NCBI GenBank assembly: GCA_965263355.1
Contig: CBDHHL010000011.1
Span: 1 to 64,000, forward strand
DNA length: 64,000 nucleotides
Reading direction: 5' to 3'
Source of the DNA: Leptolyngbyaceae cyanobacterium
Lineage (GTDB): Bacteria; Cyanobacteriota; Cyanobacteriia; Phormidesmidales; Phormidesmidaceae
The notes under the pieces were generated by a model. The model was not told the origin of the DNA. It saw only the letters and a program-made list of their open reading frames with translations, and did no database searches. A program made the position numbers and the translations under genes. This document shows positions 46,864-56,076 of the stretch, piece by piece (the stretch's first letter is position 1; each line of letters starts with the position of its first letter).

Positions 46864-47050
46864 CAGACTTTCCTTTACCAAGATTGACATGCTCCCCGTG
46901 CTAAAGCAGCGGGGATTCTTTAGCTAGAAGCTTAGCGATAACTGCACTTCTACTAACCGGCTAAACAGAGCATTCGCATCGCTGGATTGACCAGTCTTAC
47001 AAGCGTTCACTGTCCGTTTTACTTCGTGGGCTATATCCAGCCCCGAATTC
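46864..47050 (-). ncRNA. TnpB reRNA (scaffold plus flanking guide)
   Basis: Overlaps tnpB 3' end and right end; predicted guide TCTTGGTAAAGGAAAGTCTG; 5' boundary approximate. Confidence 0.6.
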
Positions 47051-48138
47051 TTGATATTGACGGCTGCATTGCCATCTCTGTCGTGATGGGCTCCACAACC
47101 TAAACAGGTGATCTCTCTAACTGAAAGATCCAACTTACCCCAGCTGTAGCCACACACAGAACAGATCTGGCTGGTGGGTTCCCATCGGCTGATGACAGAA
47201 ACATTGCGACCATACATGACCGCTTTTGCCTCACACATTGCCCGAAATTCAGACCAACCAGCCTCACTGATTGCCCGTGCCAATCGACGGTTTTTAACCA
47301 TCCCCTTGACATTGAGATCTTCCAGGCAGATTACACCAAACTCACGGATCAACCGAGTCGAAAGCTTGTGTAGGAAATCCTTACGAATATCCCTGATCTT
47401 GGCTTTGATCTTAGCGATTCGCAACCGGGCACGATGCCAACGGTTAGATCCCTTTTGACATCGTGATAAATGGCGTTGTGCTCGCTTGATCTTGCGGTTT
47501 AGCTTGGAGTAGTCGGGACTGTCGATTTTTGGGTCTTTGCCAATACTGAGCACAGCAAAGGTTTTAATCCCCAGATCCACCCCTACCGCATCCGCTAGCG
47601 CAGCTAACGGCTTAATCAGGACACCTACAACACAACTAATAAAGTATCGACCTGCACGGTCTTTGATGACGGTTATAGAACTCGGTTCACTGGGCAATGG
47701 TCGTGACCACTTGGTTTTGATGGCCCCAACCTTGGCTAGACAAACCTTGTTCCCCTGAATAGAGAAACCACCTTTACGAAACCGGGCAGACTGCCGATTA
47801 TCTTTCTTTTTAAACCGGGGAAAGCCTACTTTTGAACCCTTCCGTTTCCCACTACAGGACTCGAAAAAGTTCTTAAACGCTGTTCCCAGATCAGCAATGG
47901 ACTGTTGCAGGGGAATATTAGACACCTCTGACAACCATTCACGCTGGGGATACTGCTTAGCCAGCGTGATACAGAGCTTTTGTAGCTCGGCATTTGTCGG
48001 CCATGCTTGATCCTCTGGTGTTGCTAAAACCCACGCTAACGCATCGTTCCAGACGACACGACAGCACCCGAATAGCTTTGCTAACTCGGATTGCTGCGTT
48101 TTATTTGGATAAATTCGGTACTGGTAGCGCAGTTTCAT
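46924..48138 (-). CDS. tnpB: TnpB RNA-guided endonuclease
   Basis: YQYRIYP HTH; RuvC GVDLG, LEDL and DRDGNAA; Zn finger CSVC/CLGC; likely ATG 48138. Confidence 0.95.
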   Translation of the reverse strand: MKLRYQYRIYPNKTQQSELAKLFGCCRVVWNDALAWVLATPEDQAWPTNAELQKLCITLAKQYPQREWLSEVSNIPLQQSIADLGTAFKNFFESCSGKRKGSKVGFPRFKKKDNRQSARFRKGGFSIQGNKVCLAKVGAIKTKWSRPLPSEPSSITVIKDRAGRYFISCVVGVLIKPLAALADAVGVDLGIKTFAVLSIGKDPKIDSPDYSKLNRKIKRAQRHLSRCQKGSNRWHRARLRIAKIKAKIRDIRKDFLHKLSTRLIREFGVICLEDLNVKGMVKNRRLARAISEAGWSEFRAMCEAKAVMYGRNVSVISRWEPTSQICSVCGYSWGKLDLSVREITCLGCGAHHDRDGNAAVNIKNSGLDIAHEVKRTVNACKTGQSSDANALFSRLVEVQLSLSF

Positions 48139-48180
48139 GCCATCATTATACCTACATCGTCTATACAACGTCTAGACATA

Positions 48181-48327
48181 ATGACTAAAAAAACATTCGC
48201 AATTCGATTGTCTGAGTCCCGAATAGAAAAGCTTAAGCGAGTCGCGACACAGCGAGACACCACTATGACCCATCTAATAGAGCTTTGGATCGATAGGCTT
48301 GAAGAAAAAGAGGAAAAGCCGTCCTAG
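48181..48327 (+). CDS. Ribbon-helix-helix protein within IS element
   Basis: MTKKTFAIRLSESRIEKLKRVATQRDTTMTHLIELWIDRL. Confidence 0.75.
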   Translation: MTKKTFAIRLSESRIEKLKRVATQRDTTMTHLIELWIDRLEEKEEKPS

Positions 48328-48420
48328 AAGGACGAGGCTTGAGACCCATTCCCTTGGTCATTTCAATGGGCATCTGAATGGGCGCAATGAAACATTAAAA
48401 AACGCTCAAATTTTTAATGT

Positions 48421-48837
48421 TTAAGGAATGAAGTTAACTTCCATGCCGTAAAGTGTCGCCTTAAGACAGTCTGTATCCCCAGCGACTGACGGCACTTGAA
48501 AGCCCATGTGAGCATAGCCAGTATCACCAACACCACCAGGGGGATCGATACTCACGGGTTCTACTGGGCTGCTGAATGTCGGTGGCGTAGGTTCAGGCGT
48601 GGGAACTATGGGCTCAGGATCAGGGATGTCTTTTTCCTCTTTCTTTTTTCCACCACCTTGCGCTAAGCCCGCAGCGCCACTTAACCCGGTTGTAGCTACG
48701 GCATAGCCCCCAGTCGTCTCAGCAGCGCCCATTTTGTCAGATACAGCCGATGCAACAATTGTGATCGCGCCTAAGGCTAGAGAGCCCGCAGCAATCATCA
48801 AAGCTACATAATCATCGCTATCAGTTACGTTCATCAC
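48421..48837 (-). CDS. Two-TM membrane protein (holin-like candidate)
   Basis: Two hydrophobic A/G-rich helices, KKKEEK, Pro-rich tail. Confidence 0.6.
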   Translation of the reverse strand: MMNVTDSDDYVALMIAAGSLALGAITIVASAVSDKMGAAETTGGYAVATTGLSGAAGLAQGGGKKKEEKDIPDPEPIVPTPEPTPPTFSSPVEPVSIDPPGGVGDTGYAHMGFQVPSVAGDTDCLKATLYGMEVNFIP

Positions 48838-48839
48838 CG

Positions 48840-48971
48840 CTCACAGTATATCCAAAGTTGACAGCTTAGCTCTATTCTGGCATTTTCAGGGGATAATGTC
48901 CTAGTGCGATCGTGCTGAGTTTTGCTATGGAATTAAATCAAATTATTCAGGGCGATTGCTTGGAAGTGATG
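48840..48971 (+). repeat. 132-bp repeat, copy 1 (promoter plus MTase start)
   Basis: About 122/132 identical to 49735-49866; contains TTGACA. Confidence 0.9.
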
Positions 48972-49727
48972 GATCAACTTATCACTGATGGCATTATTGT
49001 TGATTCGATAATCACAGATCCACCTTATGGCACGACCGCTTGCAAATGGGATAGTGTGATCCCATTTGATGAAATGTGGCTAAAACTAAAGAAAATAGTT
49101 AAGCCTAATGGGGCTGTGGCGTTGTTTGGAAGTGAGCCTTTTAGTAGTGCTCTTAGGATGAGCAATATTAAAGACTATAAATATGATTGGGTATGGAATA
49201 AAACGAGGGGTAGCAACTTTGCCTCTCTTAAATTTCAACCTTTCAAATGCCATGAATTAATATCTATTTTTTCAAAGAAATCACATATATATAACCCTCA
49301 ACTAACAAAGAGTCGTGCATATGTTCGCCCGCCTGGGGAGAAATCTATTGTTTACGGAATGAAGCATGATTCTATAAAAACAGAAAATGCTGGATTTAGG
49401 CATCCGTTATCTATCCAGGCTTTCAAAAAAGACCAGAACGCACTCCACCCGACCCAAAAGCCCGTCGCCCTGATGGAGTACTTAATCAAAACCTACACGC
49501 TACCAGGGGAAATCGTCCTAGACTTTACCATGGGCAGTGGCAGCACCGGAGTTGCGGCCAAAAAACTAGGTCGTAAGTTTATTGGGATTGAACTAGATAC
49601 TGATTATTTTGAGATCGCTAAAAACCGTATTAATGAAGTATGGGCACCGGGGCAAACAGAGCCTAGCAACAAGAAACCTATTGCAGAAAAAGATCAGCTA
49701 GATATCTGGGATGCATTGGTAAGCTGA
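48927..49727 (+). CDS. DNA methyltransferase, N4C/N6A beta class
   Basis: GDCL, DPPY, HPTQKP and LDFTMGSGST. Confidence 0.93.
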   Translation: MELNQIIQGDCLEVMDQLITDGIIVDSIITDPPYGTTACKWDSVIPFDEMWLKLKKIVKPNGAVALFGSEPFSSALRMSNIKDYKYDWVWNKTRGSNFASLKFQPFKCHELISIFSKKSHIYNPQLTKSRAYVRPPGEKSIVYGMKHDSIKTENAGFRHPLSIQAFKKDQNALHPTQKPVALMEYLIKTYTLPGEIVLDFTMGSGSTGVAAKKLGRKFIGIELDTDYFEIAKNRINEVWAPGQTEPSNKKPIAEKDQLDIWDALVS

Positions 49728-49734
49728 ACGGAAT

Positions 49735-49866
49735 CTCACGACATATCCAAGGTTGACAGCTTAGCTCTATTCTGGCATTTTCAGGGGATAATGTCCTAGT
49801 GTGATTGTGCTCAGTTTTGCTATGGAATTAAATCAAGTTATTCAAGGCGATTGCTTAGAAGTGATG
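49735..49866 (+). repeat. 132-bp repeat, copy 2
   Basis: Near-identical to 48840-48971. Confidence 0.9.
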
Positions 49867-50976
49867 AACGGCATTCCTGACAGCAGCATTGATCTAATAG
49901 CAACTGACCCACCTTTTTTTAAGGTAAAAGGGGGCGGTTCTAAAGGTAAATTCGAGTGGTGGGATCGCGCCTGGGATAATTCAGCAGAATTCTTGAGATG
50001 GATTGACCAGCTAGCCGCACAATGGCAACGCATCTTAAAGCCTAATGGCAGCCTGTATTGTTTCGCGAGCACAAAAATGTCAGCACGAGTTGAGGTGTTA
50101 TTGAGCGATCGGTTTAATGTGCTGAACAATATTCGATGGCGAAAGGAACAAGGAAGACATAAAGCATCATGCAAAGAAATTCTTAGAGGCTATTTTCCTG
50201 CATCGGAATCAATTATCTTTTGTGAACATTACGGCGCAGATAACGCAGCTAAAGGCGCAGCAGGTTATCAGGCAAAGTGTGATGAGTTAAGAGGATTTGT
50301 TTTTGAACCGTTGCGGGCGTATTTGGATGGAGAGAGGACCAAAGCCAAAATTGCACATAGACGAATAATACATATTCTTGGGATGCGGGGGCATGACTCG
50401 CATTTTTTTAGCCCTATTCAATGGAAGTTACCTCTAGAAGACCAATACAAAACCCTCCAAGACTCATTCCCCGGTTACTTTCAACGCCCATACGAAGAAC
50501 TACGTCAGCAATACGAAGAACTACGTCAGCAATACGAAGAACTACGTCAGCAATACGAAGAACTACGTCAGCAATACGAAGAACTACGTAGGCCTTTTAT
50601 CGTATCGTCAGACGTACCCTACACGGATATATGGGACTTCCCCACGGTGCAAAGCTACCCAGGCAAGCACCCATGCGAGAAGCCATTGACCATGATGGCG
50701 CACATCATAAACGCTAGCTCTAAGCCTAATTCAGTAGTTCTAGATTGCTTTTGTGGTTCCGGCAATACTCTAGTAGCTGCCAAAAAGCACGGACGACATT
50801 TTATCGGGGTTGATATTGATCCTCATTGGGTAGATGTAGCCCGTGGCAAAGTCGGCAAAGAACAAAGCTTTGTATCGCAGCAGGCTAGATTAGACTGGCT
50901 AAAACAACAGACCGAAACGCCTGAGGAAACCCCCAAAAAGCAACAGCTAAGCTTATTAGACTTGCTTGCAAGCTAG
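49822..50976 (+). CDS. DNA methyltransferase, beta class, with coiled-coil insert
   Basis: DPPF, HPCEKP, LDCFCGSG; YEELRQQ repeats. Confidence 0.93.
   Translation: MELNQVIQGDCLEVMNGIPDSSIDLIATDPPFFKVKGGGSKGKFEWWDRAWDNSAEFLRWIDQLAAQWQRILKPNGSLYCFASTKMSARVEVLLSDRFNVLNNIRWRKEQGRHKASCKEILRGYFPASESIIFCEHYGADNAAKGAAGYQAKCDELRGFVFEPLRAYLDGERTKAKIAHRRIIHILGMRGHDSHFFSPIQWKLPLEDQYKTLQDSFPGYFQRPYEELRQQYEELRQQYEELRQQYEELRQQYEELRRPFIVSSDVPYTDIWDFPTVQSYPGKHPCEKPLTMMAHIINASSKPNSVVLDCFCGSGNTLVAAKKHGRHFIGVDIDPHWVDVARGKVGKEQSFVSQQARLDWLKQQTETPEETPKKQQLSLLDLLAS
50491..50589 (+). repeat. Perfect 21-nt tandem repeat, 4.7 copies
   Basis: TACGAAGAACTACGTCAGCAA units start at 50491, 50512, 50533, 50554 and 50575 (partial). 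Confidence 0.95.
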
Positions 50977-50986
50977 GACTCAACCA

Positions 50987-51751
50987 TCAATCCCCAGATT
51001 GCGTCTTTATAACTCCAAAAGCAGTCAACGACACAATAACACCGCTAATCAATTTATTAATCAACTCAGGGTCAATCCCCAGTAGAACGACTGCAATCAA
51101 CGCGATTAAAACGCCCAGCACCGTCCAAAGCTTTTTCAATTTCTGCCATGACGTGTAAAGTTGAGCAATCTTATGATTTTGATTGGCTTCTGCTAATTTC
51201 TCTTTTTGATGCTGAGCAGTTAAATATTCTACTTGTTCCTGCAACGCGATCACATCGCCCACTAGCTGCGAGTTTTCAGCATTTTTAGACTCTAGTTGCG
51301 ACTCCAAATATACGTTGCGAGCGCCCATCGTTTTAAGGGGATCAACCTCGTTTTCCCCCTCTAACTGTTCGCTTTTCAGCCATTGAAACCGGCATTCATA
51401 TTTAGCCCCTTGAAGCTGAGGAACAATCAATAATTCACGGATGCCAGGGTGTAATTTTAGAGGCGTTTCAATTCGCTTCCCATCATAATAAACGCCTAGC
51501 CCGCTTTCAGTCCCGTTGCCATCTTTAATATAGTATTCTCCGTCTGAACTGTAAGTAATAGTGGCCTGACATCGACTAATGCGTTTCTGAATTAAGGCAG
51601 GAGCAATAGCACCAATCCGAATATACGAATCAGCTTCATATACCCCAGGAGATCGACCGATTCTAACCGGCACCTGAGCCAGGTTGATTTCATGCGTTAG
51701 TTCTCTGTCTCCACATCGCTCAATTACGCGTGGGCTTAACCATGTATCCAT
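50987..51751 (-). CDS. FHA domain, coiled coil and two TM helices
   Basis: RIGRS...ISRCQATI...YYIKDG...GVYYDG; GGAGG SD. Confidence 0.85.
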   Translation of the reverse strand: MDTWLSPRVIERCGDRELTHEINLAQVPVRIGRSPGVYEADSYIRIGAIAPALIQKRISRCQATITYSSDGEYYIKDGNGTESGLGVYYDGKRIETPLKLHPGIRELLIVPQLQGAKYECRFQWLKSEQLEGENEVDPLKTMGARNVYLESQLESKNAENSQLVGDVIALQEQVEYLTAQHQKEKLAEANQNHKIAQLYTSWQKLKKLWTVLGVLIALIAVVLLGIDPELINKLISGVIVSLTAFGVIKTQSGD

Positions 51752-51874
51752 TGGAGGTGAAAATAATGGGCCGGTCGGTAGATGACCCTAAGAGCCGTAA
51801 AATAGGCTATGAACCGTTATACAGCCTACGTTAGCACGATTTGATTTGTGTTGATACGGCAAATTGATATCACC

Positions 51875-52075
51875 ATGCCCCCAACTGACCACCAAGGCGA
51901 CTCTAAAACGACTGTGATTTTTACTCAAGCGATCGAATCGTTAATAGCTGAATATTGCACTGCAACAGGAATAACGAAAGCCGATTTTGTCAGAACAGCA
52001 GCCGTACGCTATTTGCAGGATGTCATGGGAATTGATTATGTGTGGGAGAAATTGCGCGGGCATCCCAAAAAATAA
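51875..52075 (+). CDS. Ribbon-helix-helix protein
   Basis: KTTVIFT...GITKADFVRTAAVRYL. Confidence 0.65.
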   Translation: MPPTDHQGDSKTTVIFTQAIESLIAEYCTATGITKADFVRTAAVRYLQDVMGIDYVWEKLRGHPKK

Positions 52076-52199
52076 AACCCCCGTGCTCAAGCAGACACAG
52101 GGGATCTTAATTGTAACTATTGAACCACTTCATCATTGGACATTATATCCAATTTTGATAGCTACAGTTAAAATTAGCGTGAAGCTACTGCGAGAAACT

Positions 52200-52631
52200 A
52201 TGAACATCAATTTTGACACGTTAAACCCGATTCTTGCAGGCGCGATTGCACCTGCGCTAAGTAGTGTTTTATTAATCATCAACCCACGATTAGCACGGAC
52301 ACTAAAAGGATTTATCCCAGGAATTAATAAATACACTGAGATCGCTAAAACGATTCTCCCCATGATTGATGATTCCTTGACGCAGCATCTTGATTTGGTT
52401 GATAGCACTGCCGATTTGCTACGCAAGGTAGCCGCTGGTGAAGTGACTGTATTAGGCATGACAAACCGAATGCGCCAAGTCGCTGGCAAGATTGGCAAAG
52501 ACCCCAAGCAATTAAAAGTTTTGCTGGATGAGATCGACGAGGAATTCAAGGCAACTGAATTCAATAAAAAGAACAAGAATGGCCCTGTGCAAACATCTGA
52601 GTTCGTTTCTGTTGACACGACTGGTCAATAA
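52200..52631 (+). CDS. Membrane-associated hypothetical protein
   Basis: Likely ATG 52200; N-terminal hydrophobic helix; hairpin terminator at ~52645-52670. Confidence 0.6.
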   Translation: MNINFDTLNPILAGAIAPALSSVLLIINPRLARTLKGFIPGINKYTEIAKTILPMIDDSLTQHLDLVDSTADLLRKVAAGEVTVLGMTNRMRQVAGKIGKDPKQLKVLLDEIDEEFKATEFNKKNKNGPVQTSEFVSVDTTGQ

Positions 52632-52746
52632 ATAGGACAAAAAAATGGGGCCGTTCCCGTGGCCCCATAGTTTTCCCGTATTGAATTCGATTTCATCCAA
52701 CTATATCTACACCCTAACAATTGCTAATCCTGAAAAAAGAGATCAA

Positions 52747-52971
52747 TTAAATTTTTTCTTTCAGCTTTTCAGCTAAAACACTAACTGCAGGCGCAGAAAG
52801 CTCTATTCGGCTTGTTTCAATGCCGTCTGTTGTTTCTATTAGTCTGCCTTGCTCAGTCTCAGGATCTACGTACAACGTAACTATTTGTTCTTGCGCCTCA
52901 GAGTCTAGGGACTCTTGATAGGTATGTCGAGATATAATTTCTATTTGTATAATTTCTATCATTTTGGACAT
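52747..52971 (-). CDS. Hypothetical protein
   Basis: 74 aa, overlaps upstream gene. Confidence 0.55.
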   Translation of the reverse strand: MSKMIEIIQIEIISRHTYQESLDSEAQEQIVTLYVDPETEQGRLIETTDGIETSRIELSAPAVSVLAEKLKEKI

Positions 52972-53333
52972 TTTGGAAGGATAGGCTCATTTACACAACT
53001 AGTATCCCAAGCTAGCTGAGAATAATAACTAGAATCCATGTCTTCTTTGTACTCCTCTAGCCGAAAGATCGTTGGTTCCCCCTTCCATGCCGTATAAACT
53101 GGATCCCTTTCTATGGCATCCAGAAAGTCTAAAATCAGACCTGGATCGAACTTAGCTTCTGTCGCTTCAACTATAAAACTTTGCTGTCTTAAAGCCTTTT
53201 CTATTCCTACAGCCATAATTCCATTACCTAATTCAGAAGCTATTTCCCTTGCTTTCCCAGACATAACAACCGTGGTTCTTACCCCACCTGGCTTTTTATT
53301 TTTGCCAGCAATCAAATTTTTTTCGTTCGCCAT
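52959..53333 (-). CDS. Hypothetical protein, possible DNA-binding N-terminus
   Basis: RTTVVM...ASELGNGIMAVGI. Confidence 0.55.
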   Translation of the reverse strand: MANEKNLIAGKNKKPGGVRTTVVMSGKAREIASELGNGIMAVGIEKALRQQSFIVEATEAKFDPGLILDFLDAIERDPVYTAWKGEPTIFRLEEYKEDMDSSYYSQLAWDTSCVNEPILPKCPK

Positions 53334-53692
53334 CAAAAAGAATTCCAATCAATTTCAGACTCTGGTCTAACTAGGCCAAACAATTCAATAATTGACTCAG
53401 CCGCTGCCTTTATTTTGTAAGCAGTCTCATCAGTCTCTTCCGAAAACCGCTCGGTGGCATTATCGAGGCACAGAAAAACATGCTCGACCGAACATGTCAA
53501 GGCATAGACAGCCTTGCCCTTCAGTGCCCAACCAACATCATCCCATTTGGCCGAATCTTTAACGCATTGTGCCGCGTTATGCGCATCGGCTGGGTCTTCA
53601 GGCAGCAGCCCACGCACTGCGAACGTGCCAACCTTGATGCCGACTAGACCGGCTTTATCCATTCTTTTTCTCTGCAACTCAACTAAATTCAT
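53333..53692 (-). CDS. Hypothetical protein
   Basis: Likely ATG 53692 after AAGGAAAAGG. Confidence 0.6.
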   Translation of the reverse strand: MNLVELQRKRMDKAGLVGIKVGTFAVRGLLPEDPADAHNAAQCVKDSAKWDDVGWALKGKAVYALTCSVEHVFLCLDNATERFSEETDETAYKIKAAAESIIELFGLVRPESEIDWNSF

Positions 53693-53890
53693 GACCTTTT
53701 CCTTAGCTACCTTTCTACTATATGCATAGTAGAGGGAGGTGTCAACCAAAAAAAATACCCCGCAATCCATGAGTTGCGAGGCAGTAGCCGATTAAGGAGA
53801 AAAGGAGAAAACAAGCTAATAAAAACCCCGCTTTCGATACAATAGTAGCATCAGGGGCCAAATTTGGAAATTGTAGAACAGGAGAGGGCC

Positions 53891-54727
53891 ATGCCTAAAA
53901 CCTTGACCGCTAAACAGGACACTTGGCTACTGAGAATAATCACCCAATCTAGCAAGCTGCCTGAAGACCAAAAGTTCAAGCTGCATGAAGGCGACGTGCT
54001 TGAACTGAATTGGGCCGAAGCTCAACAGGACGATGCAGGCACACCGATTGATGAGGGCAACTATGCTCAAGTTTCACTAAAAAGAAAAAAGCAAAAATTT
54101 CATAACTGGTTTTGTTTCCTAAAACACGTCGTCATCGGCGGCACTGATGCGCAGAAGAAGCAAAAGGCAGTCGGGAATACAATCACAACACTTAATGGCG
54201 GGATAGAAAACCAGCCCAAACCAATTGTAAACGCCTACGACTTCAAATTTTCGTTACCTGGCAGCTCTGGCACCTTTAACATGAGCGCCCCCATTCGCTA
54301 TGGCGAGGGAAGAAACAAATGGTATGAGGCGCTACATTTTGACCCAAAAACAAAATCATGGCGCAAGCCCGCTGATGCTGGCGTTGTAAGTCGAATTGTT
54401 GCCCACGATACAACTATTGAAAAGTTCAGAGCTGTTATTGCAGATGCGTATCAAACGACGCCTGAGAAAGTCAGCATTTCATTTAACAGCTGGTATCGCG
54501 ACCCTGAAACCAACCGTCGTGTAGGCGGTGCGAGTCGTTCTCGTCATTGCTATGGTGACGGGACGGATTTTCTTGTATTTATTAACAAAAAACAAATTCC
54601 ATGCCACAAGATCAACGCGATTTTGCGGCCATGGTGCGTTAGAAATGGCGTTGCCTTGGCGTCTGCCAGTGTGTTCACGCATGGGGACAGTAGGGGCTAT
54701 TTCGCAGAATGGAACTATGGATTTTAA
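53891..54727 (+). CDS. Peptidase M15A-family endolysin
   Basis: SWYRDPETNRRVGGASRSRHCYGDGTDF...FTHGD (H, D, H zinc ligands); GGAGAGG SD. Confidence 0.88.
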   Translation: MPKTLTAKQDTWLLRIITQSSKLPEDQKFKLHEGDVLELNWAEAQQDDAGTPIDEGNYAQVSLKRKKQKFHNWFCFLKHVVIGGTDAQKKQKAVGNTITTLNGGIENQPKPIVNAYDFKFSLPGSSGTFNMSAPIRYGEGRNKWYEALHFDPKTKSWRKPADAGVVSRIVAHDTTIEKFRAVIADAYQTTPEKVSISFNSWYRDPETNRRVGGASRSRHCYGDGTDFLVFINKKQIPCHKINAILRPWCVRNGVALASASVFTHGDSRGYFAEWNYGF

Positions 54728-54731
54728 GAAA

Positions 54732-55469
54732 ATGAAAGTAACATTTTTACAGGATTCATTCCTGAAACACAGGCCGGTCCCCCCTGACCAACTAGGGGAC
54801 TACGAGAAAGAACCAGTCAGAGCGGGCGAATGGATTAATATAATTGCAGCAAGACCCGAATTAGAGCGTGACAATTTATATATCACGCTATCTCAAGATC
54901 CTGGTGAAAAATTTAAGACCGTCGACGGACGCAACAGTGTCTATCTAGTGCCCAGTCACACAGACTACGAAGTTGCAGATACTACGGATCCTAATGTGCG
55001 TGCTGCAGCAGCGACATACAATCGAATTAGTGATCAAGGCTTAGAATTACTCAAAGCTTTTGAGGGCTGCAAGCTTACTGCTTACTATTGCGCTGCAAAT
55101 GTCCTAACAATCGGTTACGGCAGCACTGGCAAGCATATTCAAGAAGGCATGACGATCACTCAGGATGAAGCCGACGATCTGCTGCACAAGGATTTGAAAC
55201 GCTTTATGAATGGGGTCCAAGAACTGGTGACAGTACCCTTGACCCATGATCAGTTTTCGGCGTTAGTCAGCTTTGCGTTTAACTGCGGGCTTGGCGCATT
55301 GGAGGATTCCACGCTATTAAAACGAGTTAACAACGAAGAATTCGAAGGCGTAGCCGATGCCTTCAATATGTGGGTTAAAGGCGGCAACAAAGTATTGCAA
55401 GGCTTAGTACGTCGTCGCAAGTCTGAAGCCCATCTATTTAATGAAGGAGTCTATAAATCGTTCGAATAA
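54732..55469 (+). CDS. GH24 phage lysozyme with N-terminal extra domain
   Basis: GLELLKAFEG.KLTAY...TIGYG, QFSALVSFAFNCG, GLVRRRKSE. Confidence 0.93.
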   Translation: MKVTFLQDSFLKHRPVPPDQLGDYEKEPVRAGEWINIIAARPELERDNLYITLSQDPGEKFKTVDGRNSVYLVPSHTDYEVADTTDPNVRAAAATYNRISDQGLELLKAFEGCKLTAYYCAANVLTIGYGSTGKHIQEGMTITQDEADDLLHKDLKRFMNGVQELVTVPLTHDQFSALVSFAFNCGLGALEDSTLLKRVNNEEFEGVADAFNMWVKGGNKVLQGLVRRRKSEAHLFNEGVYKSFE

Positions 55470-55617
55470 TATTCAGTGAAAATTGCCACTGGCATTAACA
55501 GTAACAACGCCAGTGGCAATGCAACGTAAAATACAAAATCCATTTTCTGTTTGCCATTAACGACGGAAACACCTTAGCTGATCCCCATCAATAAAACCGC
55601 AATTATAGGGAAATCTG

Positions 55618-55836
55618 ATGTCTCAAAAGCAGAAAGAGCTATTCACTTCTAGCATGGCTCTGATTGGCGCGATCGCTTTGTGGTTCGTTAAATTCTCAGT
55701 GCTGCAAGCAATCGCCACTATCTGGATGTTTGCGACTATCTCAATTGCCATTATCAACGCGGGGTTCGACTTACATGAAGAAAGGATATTCAAAAAATGG
55801 GAAGGCGACTTCAAAGAAGAAGAAAAAGAAAGCTAA
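55618..55836 (+). CDS. Small two-TM protein (holin candidate)
   Basis: 72 aa, two hydrophobic segments, charged tail; follows lysozyme. Confidence 0.5.
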   Translation: MSQKQKELFTSSMALIGAIALWFVKFSVLQAIATIWMFATISIAIINAGFDLHEERIFKKWEGDFKEEEKES

Positions 55837-55857
55837 AAAGAAAGCTAAAAAGAAAAA

Positions 55858-56076
55858 ATGATCAAGATATTTAAAAAAATTAACAAGATATTTAATAGGC
55901 TCTGGCAACCTATCCTGATAGTTTTTTTGCTAATGCATATCCTAAAAGCTGTCCCACTGTCTTTCCTACTGCAAGCATTTGGTCTATTAGTAGCCCTCGC
56001 GTTCACCTTAGCCGTTCTGCTATTTTTTGCAGGCGTATTAAGCATTGAAATTGCGAATTGTTTCCCGCGAAAATGA
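55858..56076 (+). CDS. Small two-TM protein
   Basis: Basic N-terminus, very hydrophobic; ATGA overlap with lipase. Confidence 0.5.
   Translation: MIKIFKKINKIFNRLWQPILIVFLLMHILKAVPLSFLLQAFGLLVALAFTLAVLLFFAGVLSIEIANCFPRK

Larger units (their letters stand above)
46884..48356 (-). mobile_element. Non-autonomous IS200/IS605-family element (tnpB plus RHH gene)
   Basis: Left end TGAC|CAAGGGAATGGGTCTCAAGCCTCGTCCTTCTAGGACGGC; right-end hairpin TCCCCG...CGGGGAG then TCAA| at 46884; no tnpA. Confidence 0.85.

Noticed and set aside
50491..50589. Possible CRISPR array
   Set aside because: Repeats are contiguous with no spacers and lie in frame within a gene; no cas genes
48927..50976. Restriction-modification system
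   Set aside because: No recognisable restriction endonuclease nearby; orphan phage methyltransferases are more likely
54528..54731. N-terminal extension of the lysozyme ORF
   Set aside because: Overlaps the peptidase catalytic region; ATG 54732 just after the peptidase stop is more plausible
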